NCBI RefSeq assembly: GCF_026571515.1
Contig: NW_026859492.1
Span: forward strand, 1-64,000
Length of the DNA: 64,000 nucleotides
Direction of reading: 5' to 3'
Source: Ruditapes philippinarum
Taxonomy: Eukaryota
Shown here in pieces: positions 1-13,262 of the stretch. The position numbers and the translations under genes are program-made. Every line of letters starts with the position of its first letter. Position 1 is the stretch's first letter. The notes below the pieces were generated by a model that saw only the letters and a program-made list of their open reading frames with translations, searched no databases and was not told the DNA's origin.

Positions 1-230
1 CCCCGTAAAAAACCAACATAATGGGTTTGCGACCAGCATGGATCCAGACCAGCCTGCGCATCTGCGCAATCTGATCAAGGATCTATGCTGTTTGCTATCA
101 GTTTCTTTACTTGTTATAGGGTCTGTAAGCGAACAGCATGGATCGTGATCAGACTGCGCGGATGCGCAGGCTGGTCTGGATCCATGCTGGTCGCAAACAC
201 AATATGTTGGTTTTGTCGTGACGCGGCTCA
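1..230. mobile_element. Palindromic MITE (left end cut by window edge)
   Basis: Near-perfect foldback: AAAACCAACATA..TTTGCGACCAGCATGGATCCAGACCAGCCTGCGCATC (9-62) pairs with GATGCGCAGGCTGGTCTGGATCCATGCTGGTCGCAAA..TATGTTGGTTTT (161-214); ends GCGGCTCA. Confidence 0.85.
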
Positions 231-584
231 TATTATGTCCTTTTTTTGATGCATCTCTATATTTTGATCCGAAAATAAGTATCTATTTGTTTTTATCAAG
301 GATTTACTGTTTTTTATTGAATAAAGATCAATATACAATGTATCCCATGTAATTTTTTTTAAATCTTCTATAAGAAAAAAAATTATAATGGCATTCTAAC
401 TTAAAAAGACTTATTGTTTTTTTGTACATTGTTGAGTTAATTTGGAAACAAAACGTATTAAATGTTCTTTTTGCTCATCCCCATGCTTTGCAGTTATTAA
501 AGCTACTTCGACGTTCTGTTTATGCCATGACAGGTGCGCGGGAAATCACGTGACCCGGAAACGTACTTTCGACTGTATGGTAAC

Positions 585-745
585 TGTTTATACGGTCGTA
601 CGACCGAAAATGGTCTTAGCTGCGACTGAGGGCGTACGACCGTGTTCATAAAACGGTCATGAGGAAATCGTAAGCTCGGTCGTAAGTATCGGTCGTAAGA
701 TAAGATCGCAGTTACGACCGTCTTTGTTGATAAAACGGCACCCAG
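585..745. mobile_element. Right end of a MITE-like DNA element (possibly PIF/Harbinger-related)
   Basis: GC-richer patch with iterated GGTCGTA/TACGACC motifs in both orientations, ending ATAAAACGGCACCCAG; matching left terminus not found. Confidence 0.4.
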
Positions 746-1835
746 GTGTTTATATTGATAAATTCCGTCCATCTTAATTAAGTAAACTATCATCTTCTTC
801 ATTGCTATCCAAAAGCATCATAGTATGTCATATCTTTTCAAGGTACACGTCTGTACGTTTAGAAATTAATTTGCAGAAGGATCCCATTATTTTATATATC
901 GCTTATAGTCATGCAAGCAACGGAATTGCAGTGTGATGTGTCGTATCTCCCAGTTTTACGATATAAAGCCATTGATATTTACGATACCCCATAACTTTGT
1001 ACCGTCTGGTTCACAAAGTTATTGTCTTACAAGTATGCATAATTTTGTAGCTATTAAATTAAAAAAATATAACTGGTACAGCTATAACTGGTTTGAGACT
1101 ATTAGTATATTTAAGCTTATTAAAGCAAAGCGAACAGTATACCTTAATGTTGAAGTTTTTGTACTCATTGTGTTTTGTTCTTGCAATATTTTGCTCAAAC
1201 ACTATCAAATCATTTGAAGTAATCTCATAAAAAAACTCCTAAATAACGTTTTGCATTATGGAGGATATGAAGGTTACCGTTAAGACGTCACCTTCTCGTA
1301 ACCATTTAAAAAGCAAGACGATGACCGCTTTTGAATTATTAAAAGTAGCACAGTATCTTTCTAAACCAGGAACGACTTAAAGGTATTATTTGCACTTTAA
1401 ATCATCAACTTAATACCAAAGATTATAAATACCAAAAAAAAAATACATTCCAATATTTTATATTCAATATATACAATGAAAATGAATGACTTGTTTCACT
1501 AAATCAATCTTGGCTTGGAGGCAAAATAGTGTAACTTAAGATGAAAACAACATGAAAATATTAGAAGATCTGAACTAAAAGTCAGTCTTAAGGCAGTTTG
1601 ACAGTATGGAAATTTGACTAGAGTAATTAAATACACAATATATTTCCAATTTTGTTTTCTTTAAACACACATATTGAAACTAATAATGTCTAGCCCCAAA
1701 GAACATATCATATTTTATATTGAGTCCCAGTACATAACTATGTTAAGAAAATGAATATTAAATAGTTACTGTAAAGGTACAATATGCACATGTATTTTTT
1801 ATCGTTTTGTAATGATCTCATACTAATTTGGTTTG

Positions 1836-1874
<39 letters not shown>
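1836..1874. repeat. (ATC)n microsatellite
   Basis: Direct; the paralogous site is expanded at 13041-13248. Confidence 0.95.
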
Positions 1875-1875
<1 letters not shown>

Positions 1876-2689
1876 CCAATAAAATTAGTAATAAATAATG
1901 AAAATATAATTTAAATCGCCGTCAATATCGCCCTATTTTGGACCACGACCATGTTTCTTCAGTAACTAGAAACTGGCGGACTAGAAACTGATTAATATTA
2001 GTTGGAAGAATTTGCTTTGTAATCGAGCTTAAACACATATGTTTAAACTAAAGTGCATTGTAATTCAACTATTATTTTCGTAATTACTTTTAAAATGTTA
2101 AATATTGTTTCCAATGATTAATTAGTCTGTGTCTGTTAACTTAAACTGTTTGTTTGCTTCCTGACGCCGTTATGCATCTATGAGATATCAGCTGTTGCAC
2201 ATCCCGATAGTAGATGTAAATACAATTGTAATTTATGATATTTCGAAACTTTAATTTGTCTGCTACATAATGCTTTTGTCTGTAATTCTTGCATAAAAAG
2301 TCGTTCGAGGTAAAAGTGCATTTGAGATTTTGGTATAGGAGAAAGATTGTTGAATGTATACATGCTGCGTCCCATAAAATTAAGTAGTGGTTGTGTATTT
2401 ATCAATTATAGAATCTGGTACTGTAACAGCAGATTGTTGTACATGTGTATATACGTTTACATTATTGTCTTGCCCGAAACAACGCAACTACTAAATTGCA
2501 ATACTTTTGATTCTAAAGTAAAAGATAAAGAATGAAAACGAAAACACACATTATGTGCAATATGTGGTTTTATAGTCTAAACTACTGTCGCTGAAGAGCA
2601 ATTTCTATAATTATACTGTTTTTTTTAATCAATAGCCTCCGGGTTCGTTATAAGTAATCATTACACACACAGTGAACTATTTACCACTT

Positions 2690-2860
2690 GGTGTGTCTGG
2701 CCTAGTGGTTAAAGTCGTTGAATTCAAACCACTTGCCCCTCACCGCTGTGGGTTCCAATCCCGACAGGGACTTTGGATAATTCCATGTAAGGAAGCTTCT
2801 GTGGTTCTGTTTGTGCCTGAAATAATGCACAGAAGGGCACCTGAGGTCTTCCTCCACCGT
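2690..2860 (+). mobile_element. tRNA-derived SINE (degenerate)
   Basis: A box TGGCCTAGTGG (2698), B box GGTTCCAATCC (2751), body GCCTGAAATAATGCACAGAAGGGCACCTGAGGTCTTCCTCCACC; absent from the paralogous site (~14865-14945); same family as 48775 and 60132. Confidence 0.85.
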
Positions 2861-5800
2861 TTAAATGACATAGCTCACGCAATGCTTCGGAAAAGAAAAC
2901 CCAGGAATTATTGGTAAGTCTAAACAGGTTTCAAACAGGAAAGTAAGAATTTATAGAGCAATGTTCATGATGAAAATGCTAAATCATCACTAAGGGATTC
3001 TCCTACAAAATAATAACGTTAGTAGAGACATCTTATTTTAATTAATGATGACATTATACAAATCAAGCCGACACTAACTTCCTACTAAACTAATCCTTCG
3101 GAATAAATAATTCCAGCATATATGGTTTTGAAGATTGCATACCGGTTGAGTAGGTATACGGGATGGACTGTGAGGGATGTTGCAGTTTTATATTCCCTAC
3201 TGAGCATATTCAATCAAAAAGAGTCTGTAATTTTCAAAAAATTATGTTGTTTGCATAGCTTCTTAGGGATCAGCCCTCTACCAGATTGTTTTATAAATTA
3301 CAAAATGTTTAATTAGAAAGAACATTCTATAGTTACTGTATTGCAAAACTTACGGTAATTGTACAATTCAATAAATCTCTATAATTTACACTGTAAGTAT
3401 TTTGCAGTGTTTCCTTTCAATGGTTGAAAGTGTATTTGGCGAACCTTTGTCGATTAACTTTGCAGCTGTAAATTGAAATAATAATCAAGCTGAATTACAA
3501 CACCTCCTATTCTTCTTTTAGTGAATTTTAAACATATTTATTTTCGTTCGAATGCGTAACAAATTCTTGCAACTTATATCAATCTGTAAATGAGTCACCT
3601 TCATGTACTGGTGTCATATGAGAAGTCGTGCTCGTAAACCGGGCAGGGCTCGAAGCAATGGTCACTGGGTTTAAATTCATTTTTTTCCGGAGAGCATTAT
3701 AATAAAATTGTGTTCGCTTAAAAGAGTTTAAGTGGCATTCAGTTTTCAAACATTACATTTGTTTCTTTTTTAGATCAATCGTTGCATATAATTGTCAAAG
3801 CAAAAACGGTTATGGTCGAAAATAAAATTTGCTACTTCTACTACTACTTCTAATTATGATAATAATGACGACGATCATGATGACTAAAATAATAATAATA
3901 ATAATAATAATCTTGAATAAATTTTAGAGACAACAAATCAAGTGTACATAACACGCTAAATCCGGCTGGATTGTTATTATTATTATTATGTGTACCACAT
4001 TGTCAGCCTCATATGTGACAACACCATAACTGTCAATACCACAAACACAACCATCTTAACCATCATCATAATAATCATTATCTATCATCAATAAAACTTG
4101 TATCAGAATCATCGTCGACATTATTTTAAAACTATAAACACTTACTGATTCACATTTTTTTTTTATTTATGAACAATCTTTTCATGATTTTATGACCGTT
4201 CAATATCTTCCGATCCTGCCCGCTGTAGTATCCAATATGTTTAGTATTCAGTTTATATGGTGTAGTTGAGTGCACTATCAATTTTTTACGTTATGATCAG
4301 GTAAAAAGACGTCAAAGGCACGGGAATCAGTCTATAAGAGATTTGAAACTAGTTTCATTTAAATGCAGTTAAGCTGAATCTTATGTTTTTAATGTTGTAA
4401 TGAGTTGTAAAAGGACAACCTCAGTGCCCCTTCAATGCTGCTACATTTTTTTGTTTTTGTTCGTAAAGTAAAAACCGTTTCTTTTGAATATGAGCCTCAA
4501 ATTAAAAGAATATAATTATCTTATTTAACGCTGATATCATTACCATCTAAAAGGATAATTTAACGTATTGTTCATTGAGGCGGTATACATGTACACTAAC
4601 GATCAGTAAAGGTAAAGTATAAAAAGGAACACACATAATTTGCGTTATGTGGCTATCCTACAACGCGGTCGTTTAATACTTGTGACTTAACTTATAGCTG
4701 GTTTGTTATAACATGTATAAGAGAGCATTACAAATAACGTGTTTTAATTTACGCTTAGAGAAGTTAGGTCGTTAGTGGAATCATGACTAAAAAAAGTAGT
4801 AATAATCTCTGGAAACAGCATTGAATCTATGAAATAGCGATCAAATTAGTATACATGTACACACGCAATGGTGTCATAATAGAAAATCCAAGACTAATTG
4901 GTTACGCAATAAAGGTTAAGTCTGGAAAACAAGATTGTATAGACCTTTTATTCAAATGTTCCATTTCCCCTTAGAGATGCTTTAAGAAAATAACGTTTTT
5001 CAGACATCTAACTTCAATGTATAATGACGCTTGAAATAATATAATTTACCGTGAAAATGATTTAATACGAAAACGATAAGAAACTTCATACGTATCTTCA
5101 ACAAAAATAATTAGCACGCATGTACACCATTAAATAAAAAATAAATGTTGTAGATTTAGTACTTTAATCATTATGCAAATGTACTTTCTATTGAATTATG
5201 TTGATGCATTTTCGACGAATCTTCATGATAGATTAGTTAAACGGAAAACTATGCAAAGGACAACTGACGTGCGATTTTAAACATAATTTAACTGAAAAGC
5301 GTTGGAAAGCGTTTCTATTTGGATCAGTCTGCATATTTACACACAATTAAAATGTTTGTTCTTGAAAAACGGGGGAGTGAATGACCTGAAAAATTGCAAA
5401 TAATTTATTTGTCCAACTATTCACCAAAAAAAAAAAACGTTCGCATTTTTGTCACAATATAGATTATTTTCAGAACAAATAAATAATGCGTTATGTCCAA
5501 AATGAATATGAAAAAAGACAAATTAATGTGTTAAATCTTAATTACTTTTGAATGTTATTATAATAGTGATTCTTTTCATTGTTTGTCTCAGATTCAGTAT
5601 TTACAATGAGTGTGTTATTATAATAATAATTGTTTTCATAAAATGTTTCACGTTTATGCTTCTTCCTTACAATTATTTTATTTCATCGAATATTCTTTTC
5701 ATTTTGCAAGCGAACATTTTACAAAATCAAAGAAAATATTGTTAAGCTTCCTATCGCTCTAGAGAATTATTTGGAATCTTGATCATTACTTATGTGTTCC

Positions 5801-5977
5801 GTCTATATTGCTATCGTCGTAAAACTATATTGGTGTCTGTATAGTTTCAAATTTAAGTCTCATGAGCTTTAAATTACATTAAATATAGCATACGGTAGGG
5901 AGCAATGACTAACGCGACAAAGGCGAACACTAAGCGGAATATAAAGACGACTACAACAAAGACAACGACGCAGCGAC

Positions 5978-6036
5978 TATTATTTTTATTATTATTAGTA
6001 GTAGTAGTACCATTATTATTATTATTATAATTTATA

Positions 6037-6077
<41 letters not shown>
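5978..6077. repeat. (ATT)n/(GTA)n microsatellite
   Basis: Direct. Confidence 0.9.
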
Positions 6078-9000
6078 CAATTTTATCATCTTTCCAGACA
6101 ATTCCTTAATCAAATGAGAATAATGTTATGATGGCCGATAAAATTTATCTTATTGCGCGGGACTAGCATGGACAGGCAAACAAATTTAGTTTGTTCTCTC
6201 TTATCTAGTCTAATCTAGAATGCGCTTGTTAGTTAAAGAAAAACATTACACATCTTGTGCACTGTCTGACAATTTAGAGTAGATGTGTAGGTATTGGAAA
6301 CATTAAAGAAAATAAGAAAACCGTAAGTCTTGCGATATAACAGTGAATGCATTTCATTACGTTCAAATAATCAGATATACGAAGATATACGTAATTATGT
6401 CGCAAGTAAAACACACAGACTAATTTCTTACGAAAAATAAGTTCAAGACGGGAAATAAATTGTAAAGATCTTTGAACAAAATGTTGAAAGTCATACTTTA
6501 GGATTTGTTAAAGACGATCATATCAGACAAACGTGTTACAGTGCCAATACGTTAATCCTCTTTAATATGAAGAAATATAACATAAATGCCTTCTAAATTA
6601 ATTTATTGGGCATTTCTTCGCTATGATAGTGACACAACTATTATTGTATACGATCTTTATTCACATTTTAGGCAGGTTTAAAAATCAAGCAATGTAAATA
6701 AATGAACAAGAAGCTTTTATATGTGTGCATATATATTTCATGATCATTTTTAGGTTGACTTCTATGTGACAATGTCAAGATGTTTCTTTCTTTCAATTTG
6801 AAAACAAGAAAGGGTGGGCGGAAATAATAACAATAATAAAAATACTACACCTTTATTGCGTTTCTTATTTCCTCAGCTAGATGTTAGTTGCCATATGTTG
6901 ACATGGAGAAGAAACTTGACACGATATGGCTCTAGTGATCAGCTCTCAAAAACAAAACAAAAATACTATACAAAAATTGAATGAGTTTCAATATGCTGTT
7001 GGCTTGTCGTCATGCATTATGATGTATTCTTTTTAAATCTATTGGCAAAACGCAAGGAATGCGATCATAAGAAACAAAAAGAAGATACGCACACGTAGTC
7101 AATCTTATCATTAGAAACAAGAACAAAACACACGCAGTGAAGAAGTATGATATATGAAATATTTATACAGAAAATTGAATTCAAGATGAAAATGTTGGCG
7201 ACGATAAAATTAATTGCTAGTACAGCTGATTATTCAGCTTGACCAACATAGTGTCTTGAAAAGGGGACGGTTGATATATAGATGGTTGTTGTGTTGATAC
7301 TTATGATAGGTGAGGAAATTGGTATAATATTAATACAGATGATCTTAATAATGTTTATAGAAATAAAGATGATTTTAATGGCGACAAACAATACCTCAAC
7401 GACAAAAATGCTGATGACGTCTTTGTTAATGGTGATAATTGCCAAATAAATGCAAATAATACCGTCGTTAAAAACGATAACATTCTTTTAAAGATGTTTC
7501 TTACGTTGCAAAAGGAAACTGTTTTGTTTCCATCATATGCAATATGATTAAATTTTAAAAAAAACCATTAATTTCTTAAGAAATACAGCATAATATTATG
7601 TATGCGCAAATCTTCCGTTCATACTAACCAATCACGGCAAGTGAAGAGTTGTGGTTTAACGTGCAGGTTTAAAAAATCATACGGCAAACACATTTACCGG
7701 AAAGCCTTTTGTTTAAATCCTAGAATAAGAAAATAAAGACAATACCCTGGTAATTTAAGGTACACAATATGAATACCAATAATATATATAATTTTAAACA
7801 GACCGATCTACATACGAGACGATATTTAGAGTTTTACATTGTAAGTATGATAGATATGCCATGATGATAACAGAAACCTAACAATCAGCGTAAAAGTTGT
7901 CGGCATATAAATAATGGGACATCGTACTCGGCTCTTTGAAAGTATAATAATAAAGATATTTTTTCTAAATATAAATGTAAATAATTAATTTGAAGGAAGT
8001 AATGGGTACAGATTGTAATCATAGTCTGAACGCTATAAAGGTAAAATGTATTCCGCGGTAATGCTTGCACCATGCTACTAGTTATAAACTGATTCATCAC
8101 CCATAATGTTGATACTTAATAAACTTATGATGTGTGCTGAAAATAAGATATAATGCCGTTTACAATTTCGTACAATAAGTCTTATAATTATACAGTTTTT
8201 GTATTGTAACTTTCTATCTTGTAATGCAGTGATAAAAAGATACACATTAATGGTGTTTGGTGAACTTGACCTGTGTTTATATTTATTTTATTGTACTGTT
8301 ACTTGCTATGGTTATTCGAAATATGTTCAATGATGGTCTTTTCTTAAAATTCGATGTGCACAAGTCAATAATCGTAAGAGTTGTTTTATGCTGATTTATT
8401 CATTATATCTTAAATGCATTTGTTCATATTATACGTAACGGTAAATAACTTGTTTTAGTATATGACCATTTTACCAATTAAATTTATATAAAATAGTTCT
8501 TATACTTCATCCAACAAACAAACAAACAATAAATAAATAAGTATATGAATTAACAGTTAACAAGCAGGAATAAAAATAAACATGAGCCACATAGTCAATA
8601 ATTATTTATACATTTGTTTGCCATATTCACAAACATAAAAAAGTTAAGTACTAAGCTATTCACTGTTGCACACTTTGCTTTGAGAAGAAGTGTCCTTATT
8701 GGAAACACGATAGAAAAAATATTTAAGAACAAGTCTCGAGAGATCACATTAAATGTATCAAATTACGTTCAAATGAGTTTCTACACGCAATCTTGTCGTG
8801 CTAGAAAACCAAGACTTTTTGGTTACGCAACATAGGTTCAAACCAGAAATAAAAATAAGTAAACAAGGTCATGCTGATATTTTGAAAACGCATAACAATT
8901 AATGATAATTGGCTGCATACGGCGTTGACACGTTTGTAACGCTTAAACTAATCTTTACAACCTCTGACGAGTGGCCCTATATCAAACAATTTTCTCTTTA

Positions 9001-11544
9001 TAACTGTTACAGCAGTGTCATGTATTCCCAAAATAACATTTGGCATTGTATATAATATCATGGGCACCATCCCCCAGCAACAGGCACACTGTTTGCTTGC
9101 CGAAAGTTGTCACTCTACAAAGGTTGTTTAGTTTTGTTTAGTAGACTTATGAAAGGAATTAGTCTTTTTATGCATTACCGGATTCAACATTGTTCCAGAA
9201 TTGTTTATATTTTATAGAGAAAAAATACTTTAAGAATGCACAACTATATAAGAAAACATAATCAGATAATATTGATTAATTAAATGTAAGATGGCAGTTT
9301 ATTCCGTGTATGGTAACAATATTAAACTTCCTTTAGCAATATGTCATTCTACATTCTATATAGATAATATTTGACATGTTTTATTTATGATTAAAAAAGG
9401 AAATAAATAAAGGAAAAACAAGACGTTAAAACGTTTCTTCTTGTTTTCTTTACTTTTTGTCAAATTGATGAATAAACAATAATCGTTCAATCTCATATTC
9501 CATTTTCGCTATAATTTCTTATTTCCTTCCCTAAATCAAATGTAATTCTTACTATAAGCGAAGATGCATGACACGATAAAACTACATCGATCAACTTCTT
9601 ACACACATTACAGAATAAATATAAATGCATTTGTTTTGTTCTGTCGGCTTGTGTACCTGCATTATAGTAATATTTCGTTTCGTGTCTTTTGACAGAAACT
9701 TACATCGCATGTTACATCAATAATATGAAAGATTAAGTCAAGAATAAAGAAACGAAAGACGGCATTCAATGATAATGGAAAGTACTTGCAAGAAACAAAT
9801 AATAATCAAATAAAAAATAACGAATGTTAAACAAGCTTAATAAATTGCTCGATGTAAAACAGATATAATACAAACATTTAAGTAGTAAAATGTTGATAGA
9901 ACGTTGCAAAATGGGCCTTTCTGGGGATAGGGAAAGTAGGGTAGGTGTACATTTTGAAGGATTAGAAGCAATCATCATTTGAGATAGCTGAAGTTATTTC
10001 TCGACATCGATGTGAAGGTATCATCTGACCGGACAATTATAGCGATAGTGTTTTTTAACAGGTTTTTGGTAAAATATGAAATATAATAACATACATTTCA
10101 TTCTTGTGCATAAGTTAACAGCACTCTTCTGCCAGCTTATTTAATTACCCCCGTATATGTGCATGCACTTAACATAGATTAAAGCTATATGTGGAAATAA
10201 CTGCTACTGCTGGTGCAGTTATTGTTGTCTGCATGTATACATGTTGTCATTTATTGTAAGTTATGACTTCAATAATAGTCTGAAATATGTGCCGTCTGTG
10301 AAATTTTTATTTTATTTTTAGCGAGAAGCAAAAATCCTATAAGACAGTTTTGTAAATAAATCAGTGTATTGAATAAAGGAACTCATGTTGGCGATTTTTC
10401 AAGGTTTTCTGTTTTGATGCATTCAACGGATTAGTCGTGCTTGGAGGGCACTGTAATGGAAAACAATCTAAAATGCATGCGTGATAGAAATATATAATAC
10501 TGATTACATAATTATGTCAATGTTATGATTCATATTGGCCTGTGTATCAAATAATCATACAAACGTAAAAACAGTTTGCCTTAACTTGTACATGTTGTAT
10601 TTTCTTTCCTATGCTACAGATAACATTATTCATCATGTTTAAAATGAGTTACGAAATTATAAATGATTTTATTGTAACTAATAATATAAACATAATGAAG
10701 ATGCCAAAATTCAATGTTCATTCACTTTGAAGTCACATACATTGTTTTTTTTAATGTGGGTTTGCTATTTATTCAGCAAATTGTAAGAGGTAAATTGTGC
10801 TGCAGTATCAAAATAATGCTCAGATATGGTTATACAATATGTCAAGTACCCACTCAAGTCACTTAAGTAACATCATTTAAATTGTCTTTTTATAACATAT
10901 GTAACAGGATTCAGTTTTGAAAGTTGTGTTTTTCAATTTTAAGTATGACGAAATTTGTATGAGGTAATAGTCAACTTTTTCATATCATTTGTATCAATCA
11001 TCTTCTTTTTATTCTGTCGCCTCGAGTTTATGCAGTATGGTTATATTTCCTCCGGGTCATTTTGTATCTTTTGACAGAAAATTCCATCGCGTGATACATA
11101 AATAAAATGCAATATTAAGTCAAGAATAAAGAAACGGAAGACGATATTTAATGATAATGGAAAATGCTTACAAACATAAAGAGAGCAAAATCATCCGCAT
11201 GATACGTTAAACGCTTTATATGTAAATGTAAAAAGGATACAATATAAAATGTTTCGACAGTCAAAATAGTAAAATGTGGATTAAACGTTGCAGAACATGT
11301 AATTTCAAAAGTTTCAAACTTTATTGAGTATCGACATACAAAATATATTTTCATAAAATCATAAATGGCTAGACAGACATAGATGATATATACAAACTAA
11401 AGGCACATGTATAATATATACAAACACCATATAAAGTAATTATTATTAAATTTATTTTGAACAATGTAATAATTACGATAAAAGAAAATTTTCTAAACAT
11501 TATCAATATATTTTATCACTTTTTTCAATTATATTTTTATATGA

Positions 11545-11640
11545 TTCATTCATTCATTCATTCATACATTCATTCATTCAATTATTCATTCATTCATTCA
11601 TTCATTTGTTTAGTTATCTATTGATTGATTTATTTATTTG
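11545..11640. repeat. (TTCA)n microsatellite
   Basis: Direct; lies near the junction of the two duplication copies. Confidence 0.9.
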
Positions 11641-12272
11641 TGCGGATTACTCGAGTATAAAATAACGTTGCAGTAACATATTCATTCTGACGTTTTATAA
11701 AGGACTTGATCTCCTTCAAGTCTGTAGATTACCCATAGTGACTGTGACAACAACTGCATTATGCTTGCTGCATTACCTAGACATTAAAACCAAAATAGTC
11801 TGACGTTTGTTATTCTGTCAATTTCAATTTTGTGAACTATCATTTTCTTCGTTGCTATAAAAAAAATAGTATGTCATATCTCCGCTGAAGGATCCCCGTT
11901 AGTTTTTTATTACACATATTATCATGTAACGTAAACAAAATTATAGTCTTATGTGTCATTTATTAATCAAAGTTTTACGTTATAAAGCTATTAATATTTG
12001 TGATACTTCAAAACTTTGTATTTTCTGGTAAACCAGGTTATTGTCTATCAAGTATTGCAGTATTTTTCTTGCCGCTACTGAATTTTAAAAACAAGATATG
12101 CAGTCTAACTAGTTTGGGACTTTTAGTATAATAGAGCTAGTTGAAACAAATTGAACAGTAAACATTAATGTTGAATTTTTGTACTCGTTGTAGTTTTGTT
12201 CTTGGAATACTTGGCTTAAACCATTATTAATTATTTAAAGCAATCTGATAAAAAAGCTCCAAAATAACGCTT

Positions 12273-12448
12273 GGTTTATACAGATTATTTTAGTTCGATT
12301 GTGTAGGAAGCTTTAAGCTTATAGACACACGTTCGAATCCGTTCTTGCTCAAGGAAACAACGACTTGCCCCTGATTGGGTTTGAACCCATGCGGCTAGCG
12401 ATCATTAGATTACTAGTCCGACGCGTTAACCACTCGGCCATGTCGCCA
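12273..12448 (-). mobile_element. tRNA-derived SINE with 14-bp TSD
   Basis: Minus strand A box TGGCCGAGTGG and B box GGTTCAAACCC; CORE-like TTCTTGCTCAAGGAAACAAC; TSD CCAAAATAACGCTT (12259-12272) / CCAAAATAAAGCTT (12449-12462); empty site CCTAAATAACGTTT at 1238. Confidence 0.9.
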
Positions 12449-13040
12449 CCAAAATAAAGCTTCGCTTTATCGGTTAGAAGAAACCGCATAACCTTTGAAT
12501 AAGCCAGCCAATGACCACTTTCGAGTTCTTAAAAGTAGCACACTATCTTTCTAAACCAAAAGCTACTTTAAGGTATAACATGCACTTAGAATAAACGACA
12601 AAATACCAAAAATGATAGACTCCTATGTTCCAAGATATTATATTCTGGATCAATATATGCAAAATAAATGACTTGTCTTACTATGTTGACTAAAATACAT
12701 TTGAAAACCAAAGTTGACTAGGAGGCGAAATAGTGTAACTGACGAAAAAATCTACATGAAATATAGAACAGATCTGAACTTAAAGTCAGTCTTGATTTGG
12801 ATTGGTAACACATAGAAAACAGACAAAGAGTAATTCAATATTCGCACGTATCTCTTCAATTTTGTTTTATTTAAACAAATGTATTGAAGCAAATAATGTC
12901 TAACCCCAAAGAACATGTAATATTTTATATTGAATCCAATTACATTATGCTAAGAAAAAATGAATAAACTGTTGCTTTTAATGTATGATCTACACATGTA
13001 TTTTTATCGTTTTGTAATGATCGCATAATTACTTTGTTTA

Positions 13041-13262
13041 ATCATCATCATTATCATTATCATCATCACCATCATCATATTCATCATCATCATCATCATT
13101 ATTATGTTCATCAACATCATCATCATCGTCATCGTCGTCATCGTCATCGTCATAGTAATCGTCATCATCGTCATCATCATTATCATCATCATCATCATCA
13201 TCATTAGCATCATCATCATCATAATCATCATCATCATCATTACCATCAGTACTACTACTAGT
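13041..13262. repeat. Compound (ATC)n/(GTCATC)n microsatellite
   Basis: Direct; explains the poly-Met and poly-Ile ORFs at 13004-13325. Confidence 0.95.

Larger units (their letters stand above)
790..11400 (+). repeat. Segmental tandem duplication, copy 1 (non-coding)
   Basis: Colinear with 11836-22740: 790-2340 ~ 11836-13720, 2510-3110 ~ 14710-15200, 4530-5200 ~ 17340-17990, 5690-8200 ~ 18640-21180, 9515-10430 ~ 21984-22740. Confidence 0.9.

Noticed and set aside
2690-2770. Functional tRNA genes (also 12375-12448, 48775-48855, 57596-57664)
   Set aside because: A and B boxes are present but stems are broken, and most continue into SINE bodies.
4865-4921. 57-nt minus-strand coding exon in module A (TTTTCCAG acceptor, GTGTGT/GTGAGT donor)
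   Set aside because: Stops in all three frames, 56 nt in the 17630 paralogue, and the acceptor is missing in other copies.
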